A stretch of DNA of 64,000 nt from Phoronis australis (taxonomy: Eukaryota > Animalia > Phoronida). Both the position numbers and the translations under genes were made by a program. Numbering within the stretch: the stretch's first letter is position 1; every line of letters begins with the position of its first letter. The stretch covers positions 1 through 64,000 of the forward strand of contig NMRA01000212.1 in the NCBI GenBank assembly GCA_002633005.1. Reading direction: 5' to 3'. This document shows positions 26,066 through 39,000 of this stretch, piece after piece. Under the pieces are notes generated by a model. It was not told the DNA's origin, searched no databases, and was given only the letters and a program-made list of their open reading frames with translations.

Positions 26066-26660
26066 TTTTATGCGCCCGCATATTTATATGTGAACGCATT
26101 ATGCCGTCTTCCTCGTCCGTCCGGTGCTCTATCTTGACGTATGTTCATGAAATTTTGCACATGTGGATGGGACGGTATGAGCGAACCTTTGTACAGATCT
26201 GACTACCGGTGTGCCCCCTGGTGGCAATTTTAGTTTTTATGTTAACCTCGTTATTACCAAAGGTCTTCAGCATATTTTCATAAAATTGGATGTATAGGCA
26301 GCTATTAGTGAGGTGAAGCTATCCTTCCGTTTTCGGATGGATTCCACATAGTTTGCGATACCTCAGTAGTGGCCATTTTTACTGTTTTCGAGTTGTTTTT
26401 GGCGTTGACCCTTCTATCCACCAAACCGCTTTAAGGACGATTGTGAAAATTGGCATATATGTTATTACTATGAAGAGGACGTCTGACTGTGATTTTCCGA
26501 TGACTTATACTGATGTGGCGCCTCCTAGTGGCAGATTTTTTGCAGCCATGGCTGTATCTCCTAATCCGCTTACAGGATCTTTACTACATTTAGCAAGTGT
26601 ATTTATATAATGTTGATAGCGGACGACGACGTCTTACGGAGGAATCTGACGACTTATTTA
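26066..26660 (+). repeat. Dispersed repeat with tandem sub-units; related inverted copy at about 47440-48060
   Basis: Starts tttttatgcgcccgc..gtccgtccg; recurrent catgaaattt(t)gcac and gcccyctagtgg units at both loci. Confidence 0.5.
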
Positions 26661-26699
26661 GTAGCTCCATCAGTTCACACTGCTTTCCATGGTGTACCT

Positions 26700-26960
26700 C
26701 AGTAAAAAACAAACAGATAGTAAGACAAAAACAGAATTACAAAATGAAAAACAAATATAAGTAATAAGCAAAGAATAAGAAATTAACACGGAAAGACTGA
26801 TGAAGCAAAATAAAAAAATATGATAAATAGAAGATCAAGAAATTAAGACAGGATAATTAACTAAAATATAAATATAAATATAAAAAATTAAAAGCAAATA
26901 ATAATAAATAATTAATAAAAATAAGACATTATATAAATAACAAATGAATAAATATGCAAT
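26700..26960. repeat. A-rich low-complexity tract
   Basis: Seen directly (aaata/aaca runs). Confidence 0.8.
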
Positions 26961-28749
26961 TCTTAGACACTACGTGAAGTTAAATCTTTTTCTTATAAGT
27001 CTTTAAAGGTTAGAGATATTTGATACTGGGTCCTTAGTGTTTTACGTGAACAACCTCATTGAAAACGTCTGTGCACATCAAAGTTGGATGCAAAACATAT
27101 AACAATTTATTTCAATTGCAACTGAATTAATAAACAAAGCAATGCATTTTTATGTCATCTAGAGTAACTGTACTCACTGTAGTTGACTTGTGCGGTCTTA
27201 CTTCGTGTATTTCCGTCTAACCGAAACGGTCACGACTTTAGGGCCTCATTCAAAATGGCCGGCGATGTCAGCGACTGTTTCAAAACTCTGCTTACGGAGA
27301 CAAACAAGGATTAAGATTGTCAAAACACGTATATTTGTGAAGGCTGATATATGTCCATGACATCACATGAGCAGTTGCTAACGGACATTGAGTAGTATGA
27401 CAATCAGCTGCTTATTACGCTTATATTTACGACTTTAGGTCACTGGTATCTACCATGATAGCCAGACAGCTAGCTGTATGAAGACTGTCGTCAAAATACA
27501 ACTAGCTGTATATTTATGTACAGCTTTGTACCAAGGTTAGGTACCATGACTGTGAGTTCAGCGTCGACAGGCCTCGAAATTACAAACAACATGGGTAATT
27601 CTGCTCTTCACTCCGGCGTGAAACTTGTATTAACATGCAGAGCTTAAGATCGGACGGGATACATGAAAAATCTGTGAATCAAACGACACTCACCTTGCTC
27701 GTTACAAACGTATAAGTGAAAAACAATCTAATAAACGCCATTTTCTTGCGTAATCCTCCCCCTATTCTAACAAAGAAAAGTTTTTAGTGACACTAATTTT
27801 GTATCAGATTTTATCTGGTCAGTTTTTTTACCCACATCGGCGCAAAGCTGTATATTTAGCATGCAGCTTTGTATCAAGGCTAGACGAAAATATGCTCTGT
27901 TAGAACCCGTTGAGTACCCCGTATGCTCGTCAACTCGACCGGCAGGGGTGCGTGCAAAATCTGATAGTCAACCAACACGCGCTTGAGTTTATCTGTGCCT
28001 CGATCACGACTGACGTCACTCACTACTATATGGTTATGAGCCATCGGGAAATTCGAGAGTGTGTGCACTCACCATGTTCGTTGCAGCCATTTAAGTGTCA
28101 AACCATCAAATAAAATTCACCTTCTAACATAATTTGCCGCCTTTTGTAACAAAGAAGTCTGTAGTCCGTTTTCAAAAACATCCCACCTGTGACACGGCTC
28201 ACGCGCCATTTCCTTAAATTCTGCGACGTCTTTCGGGAGAGGACGACAGCTTCGTAGTATAGTAGCAAGATTTGTTCTAAAATTCGGTTTGGTGGTATGA
28301 AATACTAAAAAGTTGTAACGAAATGAAACAAGTTTAGATGATTGGTTGTGAAAACTACGCAACCTTGTGCCGGCAGCAAAGAATAGTTGATAAAAGAATC
28401 GGGGGAAAAGAAACTGGTCAAGGTCAGGTGACGTAATCGCCAAAAGCCGCCCGAAGTTAAGAGAACTTATCACAATTTTAGCAGCAGCTCGCGATTAAGC
28501 CTAACGACTGCTAACTTTTCCACCACCGGTAAATAAGTTAGTTTACTCAAGGAAGAGAGTAGTTTTAATGTCACTAATTTTCAGTCGGATTTTATTTGTC
28601 CATTTTTTACCCATATTGGCGCAAAGTGGTACAAATTATTTAGTATACAGCTTTGGTCCAAGACTTGGGAAACCCGGCGATAGTATGCGGTGACCATCCC
28701 CTTAGAAGACACCTTTTTCAAAGATTTCGAACAACCAGGCATGGCAAAC

Positions 28750-30870
28750 TTTTTACAGCACAGTACAGACATCGTGGCAAAATGGCCAGGCTCCAAACAT
28801 GATTCATTCGTGTGGGCAAATAGTGGTCTTGACGAAAGACTCCGCATACCCCTTGAAGCCCTACCTATTGACATCTTTAGGTATGACTAATGTCAGAATT
28901 CAACCCAGCTCATTGTTAATTTAACAAACAATTATGTATTCTAACAAGCAAGCTGATTGAGAGCAAGTCGTTTCACAATAGATGTATACTCGGGAACCCA
29001 ATGGTCGTCCGCCTAAGCATAAAACCGGCTTATTGTCGTACTCACCCAATTATTCCACTTCAAAGTTATATTCTGCATAGAACTTGATTTGACTCCCACA
29101 AATCCATAGTATTAGTTGATTCAAAAGTTTTCTTTTATTTATGCCGAGTTGTTTAAACTGTGCATTGCTTTTCGGCAGCCATTTTATAATGACTCCTATG
29201 GTCATCATATGCTGCCGCCTTTTGAAAGAACAGAAAACCACACAGAAAAAGGCCAAGAAAATAGTGCAAAGTGGTTTACAGCAATTCTACTTCAACCACA
29301 CACTGTTTTTCTAGTATGATATGGATTTTTAAATTGATTAAAATTGATTTAGAATTTCAGTTCTGGAAAATAAATTGCAATTGCTTTATTCCAGATATAC
29401 CTTACTTATTTTCTACTTGTGTCTTCTTTATTTGACTTTTTGTTCTTGTTGCTCTTAACACCACTTATCTCTGCTGTCTTTCTTTTTCTTTTCAGTTTTT
29501 CTTCATTCTCTGTTAACACCTTGTCAGCCAAAAAAGAGCTGTAACACTTTGAGACTTTGTCGGTGCAAGTTGATCATTGAACCTCGATACAATTGTTCTA
29601 ATAAATTACCCAATATTGTATTGTTTCATTTTTCTCGCCTGTAACAGGCTTCTGCAATCATAAACAAATAAATAAATACCCAAGTTGGATTTGCATTTTA
29701 TTGTTCAATCTCTTCTTTTATTTTTGATTGTCATGCTGTGTTGTATGTAACAATGCAATATAGTGAAATAAAGTCAATGTTTTACTTTATTTGTGGCCAT
29801 TCTCTATCAATTCAAGTATTTTAATTTTCTTCAAATAAATTCAAAATGCTTTAACCAAAATATTCAACATAAATGTTGAGCTCAGTACTTTGTTTCGCAA
29901 TAAAAAACAAGTGGACAATATTTTGATGACCAAGGCGTGCACCCAGCGTGTTCCATTTGTCTGCTGCGTTTTTCCTTTGGCCTAACGGGTGTCATTTAGT
30001 GCCTGGGACTAATAGATACATTGCATAAACAATCTCTGAGTTGTTTTTTGTTCCGTCTGAAGAAAATTTAATTTCGAAAATAACTTCTGAAAATGAACAA
30101 AAAAGTGCATTAGTAAAATCTACAAGTTTTCAAGTGGTCTCAAAAAACAGACGGTAAATGCATTAATTTTAGTCTCAGTTCTTCCATGCGTGTTAGTACC
30201 TAACGTGCATACGAGCACTCCAAATTGGAACGCTAAGTCCTGCGTGGCTGCGCTGCACGCGAAAGAAGATGGCAGACGACCTTTGGAGCCTGACGACGAT
30301 AGGTATCCGGACTATACTGTGTACTGTGTACTGCATCATTGTTTCATTTGTCTTCAAAATAAAGTCAAACCATAGATGAAATACTTGATCGAAACCCTTC
30401 AGCTCATGTGCGTTTATCACGTCAAGAACCCAAGGAGATACTTTGGAAGGCAAAAGATACTTAAAAATGCAATCCGATTGCATGAGCTTTGGTCGACAGC
30501 TCGTCGTCTACACTGATTCATCGACACATAACACATCAGCTTGTATTTGACAGATTATTTTGTTGCGAAGAGGGCTATGTTCTAGCAGCAAATATATCAA
30601 AACACAAGAGCTGGTGACAAGACCAAGAGGCCCGCGGTCATGGTGAGTCAGTTTAGTACACTGACCTTGATGCTATTTGAAGCCAAGCGTCTCTCTTAGC
30701 GCTTTGTGTGACCGAAATTTTCGACCACAGAATGTCATTATATTTGGTCACACCAGCAACCAAGCGAGATAGCTCCGGTGACGAAAACTTGGGCTTTCGT
30801 TTTTCCATATCGTCTGCTGCGAAAGTGCTTCTTTCTCTACCTTCAAGCTTTGAAACTTCCACATCCGGTA
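28750..30870. mobile_element. Decayed PIF/Harbinger transposon: transposase fragments (+) and Myb/SANT-like partner (-)
   Basis: + strand DIVAKWPGSKHDSFVWANSGL (about 28765-28830) and LEPD..YCVLHHCFI (about 30285-30350); - strand KRKPKFSSPELSRLVAGV..ILWSK..KRDAWLQIA (about 30665-30810). Confidence 0.8.
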
Positions 30871-31308
30871 AGCTGCGTCAAAAACATAAGTAAGAATTTC
30901 ATATAAAGAACTTTTAAGTTCATAAAAGACCACTTATTTGGAATGAACTTGAGACAAACTTAAGATTTGTCCTAAAATTGAGTTTAAGATTTGTCTAAGT
31001 TAAGACACACAGCCACTCATCGAAGTCATCTGTTCATGACATCTGGTGATGGCTAGAATCTACTACGCTCTCTGTTTATGGAACGCGTTGCTGGAGATCA
31101 GCTAGGCGACAATCAAGTTTCTGATGGCGAAGCCACGGTTTGGGAGGCATGCAATAGGCCTACAATACATCAACCAAGAGGTCTTCACGAACCAGTGCCT
31201 TTATTTGTGGCGATTTTGTTATTGAGAATTTTAAAGCTGTTCAACTGTGTAATGGAACACACGAAACTTCGAACAGGCAGAGCTAATCGATGAGTATCCG
31301 ATTCATTG

Positions 31309-31675
31309 TATTCAAAGAACATCTGAAACTAGACAGACCAACAGCCATGGGAGAACATATTTTGGCAACTGGGCACACCATCTCTCTTGCGTCATCCAGG
31401 ATCCTAGCCAAGGAACAATGAAATTGGTAAACTCGTAAGCTCAAAGAGGCCATAAACATCAACAGACAGCGCTTCCTCTTGAACCGAGACAGAGGACTCC
31501 ACCTAACACCCGTGTACTCCAGCATTCTTAACGAGCGTAAGGCGGGAAATCCCTCATTCATCGACAAAGACCTGGCGGACTAGGTCGAAACGTCTGCTAA
31601 CAACCAACCACGTCTCTAAGTAAGTGAACATTTTATATACAATGCCTCTAGAGACCAATGACGAACCTATTCTCC
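31309..31675 (+). mobile_element. 5'-truncated Penelope-like element (GIY-YIG C-terminus) with 16-bp flanking direct repeat
   Basis: FKEHLKLDRPTAMGEHILATGHTISLASSRILAKEQ*NW*TRKLKEAININ...LNRDRGLHLTPVYSSIL; agtatccgattcattg at 31293-31308 and 31676-31691. Confidence 0.85.
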
Positions 31676-32322
31676 AGTATCCGATTCATTGCTGGCAAAA
31701 CCAACCTATATTATACTGAAGGTTACACGATGGTGTATCATTCTATGTTATTAGATCCTACCAAAGTTATCTGGCTATGATGAACTCTCACGGTCACCTA
31801 AGTTGAAGATAATCATCAAAATCAGGGTTAACGAGGTCAAAATTGCTTCAATGTCTCAGGACCGAATATGCCAATCCTTAAAGTGACAATTTTGCAAAAT
31901 GTTAGATTTGCTCAAAAAGTACGATAACCTGTTATTTCTTGTACAATACTTACGTTTGGTCAATTTTGGACAATTAAAATGGACGACTAGTTTTTAAAGG
32001 CAATTTCTTGAAATTTGAAGCTGCTACTCCTGATAAGACACGTAAATGGAATCGTGGATTGGTTTCTTTTAATCCAGCTGAGTTTCGTAGCAACGATGGA
32101 TGTGTTATATTGTATTTTTTTAGAAATGCTAGCGTGAGACTGCTAAAAGATCCACCATTTTTGGGATCCGGTGCCCTCTGATTGTCCACATCATGTTACG
32201 TTTGCGAACTATTGGCATTGCTTACGACTAACTTTTTCACGTTTCACCAGAAGCCTGATACTCAATGTTAAATCATGAACAATAAACTAAGTACTCATAA
32301 GAACACGATTTCTTGAATAACA

Positions 32323-32328
32323 TTTATT
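32323..32328 (-). terminator. Candidate polyadenylation signal AATAAA for the APN-like gene
   Basis: TTTATT on the + strand about 545 nt past the stop codon, at the end of an AT-rich 3'UTR-like stretch. Confidence 0.45.
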
Positions 32329-32871
32329 AACACAATTTCTTTTGCATACAACCTCATAATTATAACACAACATTACTCATATTAATATAATTGTATTATT
32401 ATAAATCATTGATATCGTATATTAATGTTGTCTGCTTTCAATAGCTGTATTCAAGTTCACATGAGCATTTTGAAACACTTATTAGGCTGAAACACCTGAA
32501 GTTCAACCGTTTTGAATTCATCGTGTGAAGACAAAACTAAAGTTTTTTTTGCTGAAAATCCTTTGAAATTTAAAGCGCATAAATAGTGAATTTAGCAAGA
32601 ACGTTTTAATTCAAAACGCATTTTAAAGTTGAAATCTAGCTAAAACTTTTTTAAATTGATGGATGTGTAAATACAACTAATGGTTAATGATTACAGTGTT
32701 ATATCCAAAACATCTATTTACAGTATTTTTAAGCATACAGAACCGTGACTGATATATTTTTACAACAAACTGTATCAAATTGTGTCAAAGTACATCTACT
32801 TATTGCGCACATATTTAAAGACGATCGGCGCTCCATCATAACTCAGCCAAAATTATGTTCAACGGAACTTT

Positions 32872-33015
32872 TTACGATCTTGACGCAAGCCAGGCACCCA
32901 CAAGTTCCAAGTTGTTTTTCATCCAGTTAATGTTCGATTTGGTCTTTTCGATAGCCTGTTGAGCTGCCCTCGTTCCCGAGCCCATGTCTGGATATTTGTC
33001 ACGGAATTCTTGCAA
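32872..33015 (-). CDS. ANPEP: APN-like terminal coding exon 21
   Basis: [47 protein letters not shown]; TAA at 32874-32872. Confidence 0.93.
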   Translation of the reverse strand: MQEFRDKYPDMGSGTRAAQQAIEKTKSNINWMKNNLELVGAWLASRS

Positions 33016-36000
33016 CTGAAACGACAATGAATATGTACATTAAAATTTGAATATAATACTGAAAGCACGGCCCTGGACCCACGTCCAGCTCTCACGGCGT
33101 TTTCTTTTTCTTTTTTTTAATCGTGAAGCACGTTTCTTATTAACGTTCTTCGAGAATTTAGGCAAAATGCAAAATAACCTCAAATTATTTTGATGTTCTT
33201 ATGACCGAGATTGACAGGTTCATCAGTGAAGTGGAGTTTCCCACTTGGGGCGTGGAAAACGATGAGTTGCATACTGGACTGAAATAGAGACCACACTTAT
33301 TTCTATTCATAGCGTAACTAAAATCGCTCGATACATGGAAATTGAAATGTCTCAGGTACCAATTAGTACTTACCTGTTGTAAATCGAAGTCAGTATTGAA
33401 TGAAGAAGTAACACCAGAGATCAGATTGGAAAATGAAAAGGACCCTCCTCCGTATCTAAGATAAATAAAAAGAAAACGCTATTTCGCATGTTTCTGCAGG
33501 TAACACTGGGTAATTTTCACGCGTCATTAAACAGATACTATACGTGATGACGCGTCTGGTACTATAATGACGCAAAAAAGAATAGAAATGCAAAGTCACA
33601 CCTGCGAAATTTTGGCCCAGTACTTGCACAATATATTGGCACTGCACAAATTATTATTGTGCAAAATGCCTCGTTTTAAAATCAATTTTACAACGCAAAC
33701 GTAAAAGTGCGCGTATTCCACATGCGGAACCCTTGCAGTTTGAACACACCACCTCGTTTTCAAGCATAATGGCGAATTCGTGCAAGTAGTGAGTTCTGCA
33801 CGTTTGGAACGCGTTCGCTTTCCACGTTATTGCGTTGTTGAACTTGATGTTGCAACGAGGCATTGTGTCCTGGACAGTGCAAGTAATGGGCCACAATATC
33901 GCAGGTCCTGGAAACACGTCAGATCAGGTAACCATGGGCATTTTAAAATTATTACCAGCCAAGGCTCTGGGGCTGCTAAATCGTAACGGTTACCCTTCTC
34001 AACTGTCCTGGAGCATACAATGGGTACAACCTTGGGACACACCGCTTAATCTGAACGTATAATGTTTGTGAGTTTCAACTGCTAAATTGCTCTCGTGGTT
34101 AACTGAATGGGATAAAAATCCAGGACCTGCAAATTTTTGAAACTGTGTATTTATATTACTATTTGCGGGCCCAAATTGCGTCATAACAGAGGCATACACG
34201 TCATCACTAAACACAGTTCTATTTTTTCGAGAGCTGAACAACAGTTTTAATCACCGCGACCAGTAACCTTTTAAGGGACAACTGCAGGTGCCCTTGCAAT
34301 CTCGGGAAAGTTTAGTGACTTAGCAGTAATAGTTGAAAGCACAAAAGTCAAACATTGAGAAAGAAACTAAGTAAACAAAGGCAAACTTACTCATTATAAA
34401 TGTAATCGAATCTCCGTCGGAGGAAATCCCATGCCAGCGATCTTCCGATACTGTTTCGCGATATGTAAATAATGGTTGAAGTAGCATCTTGCTTCCGGAT
34501 TTTAGAGTCATCTAACGTCCAATCCAGATATCTAAAGAAAAAAAAACATAACTGTAGATAAAATGACCCTTGAATAACTAGGAGACTTGTACACATTTTT
34601 ACATCTCTTTCTCTCTTTGCAAACTAACTTACTACTTAAACGAATTCTCCGCGCATCTTAGGGTAGTCATGATAAAACTTCCATAATTTATATCTGGTGT
34701 GTAGGTCCAATTGAGGCAAGTCCTTTGATAGAAGACCAGAGGTATTCCTGATCAGGTTTGATTTCGTGCCCTTTGGGTGCACCTGATGGTAAAAAGTGTT
34801 TTTTTAAAAGAGTTGTGCCCAACAGACTTAGTGTAATGAAAGTGGTAACATAAGAAAGAGAAACCCCAAAGGCAACCAAAATAAGAACTAAGTCATGTTT
34901 TACCCGACTGGCTGTAAATTGACTAGAATCTTGCATTTTTGAAGTGTTGCGTTTCAAAAGATGTGCCCGGGGGCGCATTGCTGCAATGTACTTGCGCCTT
35001 TTGATATTTTTTGATGCGCTGATTGGGGCACAGGCGCAGTCCAGGAATATCCCTGGAAGACCTTCCGCTTCGAGCACAAAAAGAATCTAACTTAGTCCCA
35101 AGCGCACAACCAAAGAAGATATCTCAAATTTGCATAATAAGCCCTGAATCCCTCGCGTTTTAATTTTGTAATCATTTAGACAAATTTCAAACATAAATAA
35201 AAATACTACCAATAAACATTTTTCTTCTTCAAAATACAATACACTTCCTTGAGCAAATTATGTCTTACCGACTGAGAATCCAAACTTTTGTTGAACAAGA
35301 CATGGCGTAAAGCAGCTTTGACTTCTCACTTGCAACGTTTGCCTTCTGATACCTCTCAAAGGCAAACTCCCATTCTTCTCTACCGCCTCTAGATATAGCG
35401 TTACAGTAAACCAAAGACTTCAGGTTCGGTGTAATACTGCAAAGAAATGACAGTAATTTAGCAAAGAATTTATCAAATTGGTCAGCTAGAGAGGGCAAAA
35501 GAAATGACCAGTTCTGGAGCCTTAAGAGTAGAATCAGTTTAACTAACCGACGTGTGATACGAGATACAAAGGTCCACCTGACGACTCGAAGACTGACCAG
35601 CCATATCACGTAAAATTCAAACGTTTCATCTTTATTCCACAAAGTAACAACTATAACAGTAGCTCACCATGGAGCATCCTTTGATTTAAGGCATTCCGCC
35701 TGGCTTCTGGAAAGATGTGAAACAAGCATAATCTCGTTGTGACGACGCAATTAGATAACTATTCTTTCAGCGATATATTCCGCAATGCCAAACGTTACGT
35801 TATTTCATACCGATCAGACAGTTTCTTGACATCGTCGGCAAGAGAAGCGATTTCCTGAGATCAGGCTCAGCACGGAATAGCATCCCCTCGGTCGCAGCCA
35901 AACGATACGCTAGCAGAGCTCCCACTCGGTAATTGGCAGAGCATTTTAGCTATGTAGGAGCTTATAGACAAGTCTGTATTTAGCCAAATGTCTACATCAT

Positions 36001-39000
36001 TACATGATTCTCCATCTGTCTCTCTCTCTCTCGCTGCTCCAATGGTTACAGTATTTCCCGGTGTTTGCAGCCACGTCGACAGTCCATCCAGTAGTTTTGT
36101 TCTTTGGCGTCCTCAATTTCTCTACCCATCTAGTTTACCAGTTGTTACCAGGTGTTCTAGTCCACCTCTCCTCATGATATGACCAAAGAACTTTGCTTGT
36201 CTTTTATGGTATAAGGTCTCTTAATTTGATATTTTTGAGTTTACTTCAGTATATAATGCTATGGTATTAGGTCTCTTAAATTTGATATTTTTGAGTTTAG
36301 TTCAGTGTATTAATGCTATTCTCTCTAATCCGTTGATTGACAGGTAAGCGATGTATCCCGAACCACGCTAATCATTTCAGATAAAGCTGTCCACTGTACC
36401 GCTGCTGTGTTTTTGCCAGTTTATAACGCAATGCGGTATCGGTTTATAGTTATCGTTCACTTGAACCAAATAGAAACAACTTATCTAAATATGAAATCAA
36501 ATAAATTGTGGGATGATCACTAGGACCTAAGGCGCGCTGCCGCGCCTATTATTCTTTCAAACTGGTTATAATATTTGCAAATATCCCCCGACATTTCTCT
36601 ACATCAACTTTTCAACTCCTGACATCAAAACATCCCGTGTTCTACTCGCTTTTCTGAGACTTTAATTTATAGTTTTGCGGCGCGAAAAGTAGCCTAACAA
36701 CGCTTCCGCTTGATCGTTTGAATTCAGGATACGTAGGATACGACCTTACTTTTATTTTTTTAAGTTTTTCACAATATTGAATACCAGTGTGAATGAACCT
36801 TCTATCTTACATTTCTAGTTAACTTAAAATTTCTCTGCTTATGATAGAAGAAAAAACGAGTTCCCGCACTCACCTCAACCGCGTGAAAAATTGTTTAATA
36901 CTTAACAGAGTTCAAAGGTTACAGAGCCTAAACTCAAATCGAATCTCCCGCCAGGTACAGAGCAGTTCCGTAGGTACCTACAGTCCTTTCATTCAGTGAG
37001 TGGCCATGATATTGAGTCAACGAGGTGTATAGCATAGAAAGATGCCGCGGAAAACGATGACAAGACGTAGTTTTGATCCAGAGGGAGTTGTGCGTCTGCA
37101 TGGATACGACCGTTGAGAACGAATGCACCGAGTCCGAGTCGCCAAACGCCGTGACGGTCTGTGGTATGCACCAACACAGTAAGTTGTGAAAAAGATAAAT
37201 CTTTTCCTACATTCATCATATTTCTTGGTAATTTGACGTTTTGCTGTTACGGTCTCGTGCTCATGGCGCGCTTTAACCACCGACTTGACTTCTATTGTCC
37301 ATTTAGTAGTTGGTTTCTTGATACTAGAAACCAATATTGGTTACTAGCTTGATATCAGTCACCCCAGCGCGTAGTGTGTATCACAATGAACTGTTGACCT
37401 ACTTACTGCTGACTCCGCCTTTGACCTAATTTGACTTGAGGCACGTTAAAATTTTACAAAATTAAAACATTTTAATAATGATAATTCAGTTAATTAAGCA
37501 CTCCAAATTTTCAAATTCGTTAACATTGCAAGTGAATGTTGAATAACGAACATGGTTACGGCATGTATAGGTTATGTGGACTCAAAACAATCTTTCACCG
37601 AATAATTAAGCGAAAACTCAGATTTTCAAGACTATTAACGTTTTCCGCTCTTTCTCGGCTTCCACAAATCGACTTAACCTTAAGTTAGGAACGCTAGCTT
37701 TCAAAAATGGCTCGCTGGATTTCCCTGAAACTTCCTCATTTAATAATTTTTTATTAATCTCAAAAATCTTGTTATTATTTTGTTAGGATTGTGTTAAAAG
37801 TCCTTCTTTTATTGCGTTGTGTCATAGACTAATACGACATCTATTTTTACAAAAATTACAATTTGCAAGTTAATTTGGCGTAGAAACCAAACTAAATGAG
37901 TAGTCGAAAATTCCTAACAGCTCTTTTGAGAGATATCGGCAAGTTTTCATTTAAAGAAGGTTTCGTTAAAATCGATTAAATGGTATTTGATCTATGAATG
38001 TACTTTTGTTAAAAAAAAGTTGACTTAAAAGGTTGCCACGTTACAATAACAAAGCCACGTATGTATAAAGTGTGTTTTTATCATCGGTAGTCTTTCTTCT
38101 TTCAGAAAACATATATTTTTTCATACGTTGACATAGTCTAGTTTTTAGTTAACTTGAAATAACGTTCCCGAATTTTGCTTATTTCTTTTCAACCGGTCTA
38201 CCGAAAGTTTTTATGTTAATCACTTAGCAAACCTACGGCGAAGCATTAGGACCAACTGTAAAAATAATAGTATCTGGTTATGACGAGATAATCGACGATT
38301 TTTTATTTTTCAGTTGGCTCTAATGCTCCGCAATTCAAAGCCTATAAGAAGAATCGTGTGCCATTTATTTCGTAATAATTTTTAGGACGATTATTAATTG
38401 ACCACCGCATTCGAAAATATGGGAAGTCACTTTTTGATGTTCCAAAGGTCGTTAAGTTTTGATTAACATTTATAATGTGCGAATAACTCTTTGAATAAAA
38501 GTTGAGTGACAAATACAAAACAATGATTAATAATAGCTAATTCATAAACAAAGCAACTTACGGATTGTTTAGATCAGGGTCTGTGGTATTCATCCATTCT
38601 GCATACTTTTGAAGAGCTTTTTGTTGGCAAGAAACATGTCCATTACTGCAAGCTTGACTTAAGGCGAAAATTCTTCGGTACCTAGGGCGAGAAGTTGAAA
38701 ATGTCAAACAACACGTAGAAAACTCGATTATCGTTATAATTCTTGTCATCTATCTTAAGAGCAAATCTTAAGATATAAAAAAGTAGAACTGAGAACATGG
38801 AAAATTGGGCTTTTGTCACGCATTGTCTCTTTGTCTCCCCTGCAGTGTAGACGACTCGAAAGTAGCAACACAGTTGGAATGACTTATGTTGGCAAAGTAT
38901 CAATGGAGCGAAATTTCCTACGCGAGTCCCAGTTCAAGGGTTAGGACTCCCCTAGACTAGTACGACTGCAGAGCTTAGAAGGTTCCAATCTATTCTGGTT

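Noticed and set aside
34688-35077. 129-aa intronic ORF with a hydrophobic stretch
   Set aside because: Non-ATG start, no recognisable motifs, and not needed in the spliced gene model.
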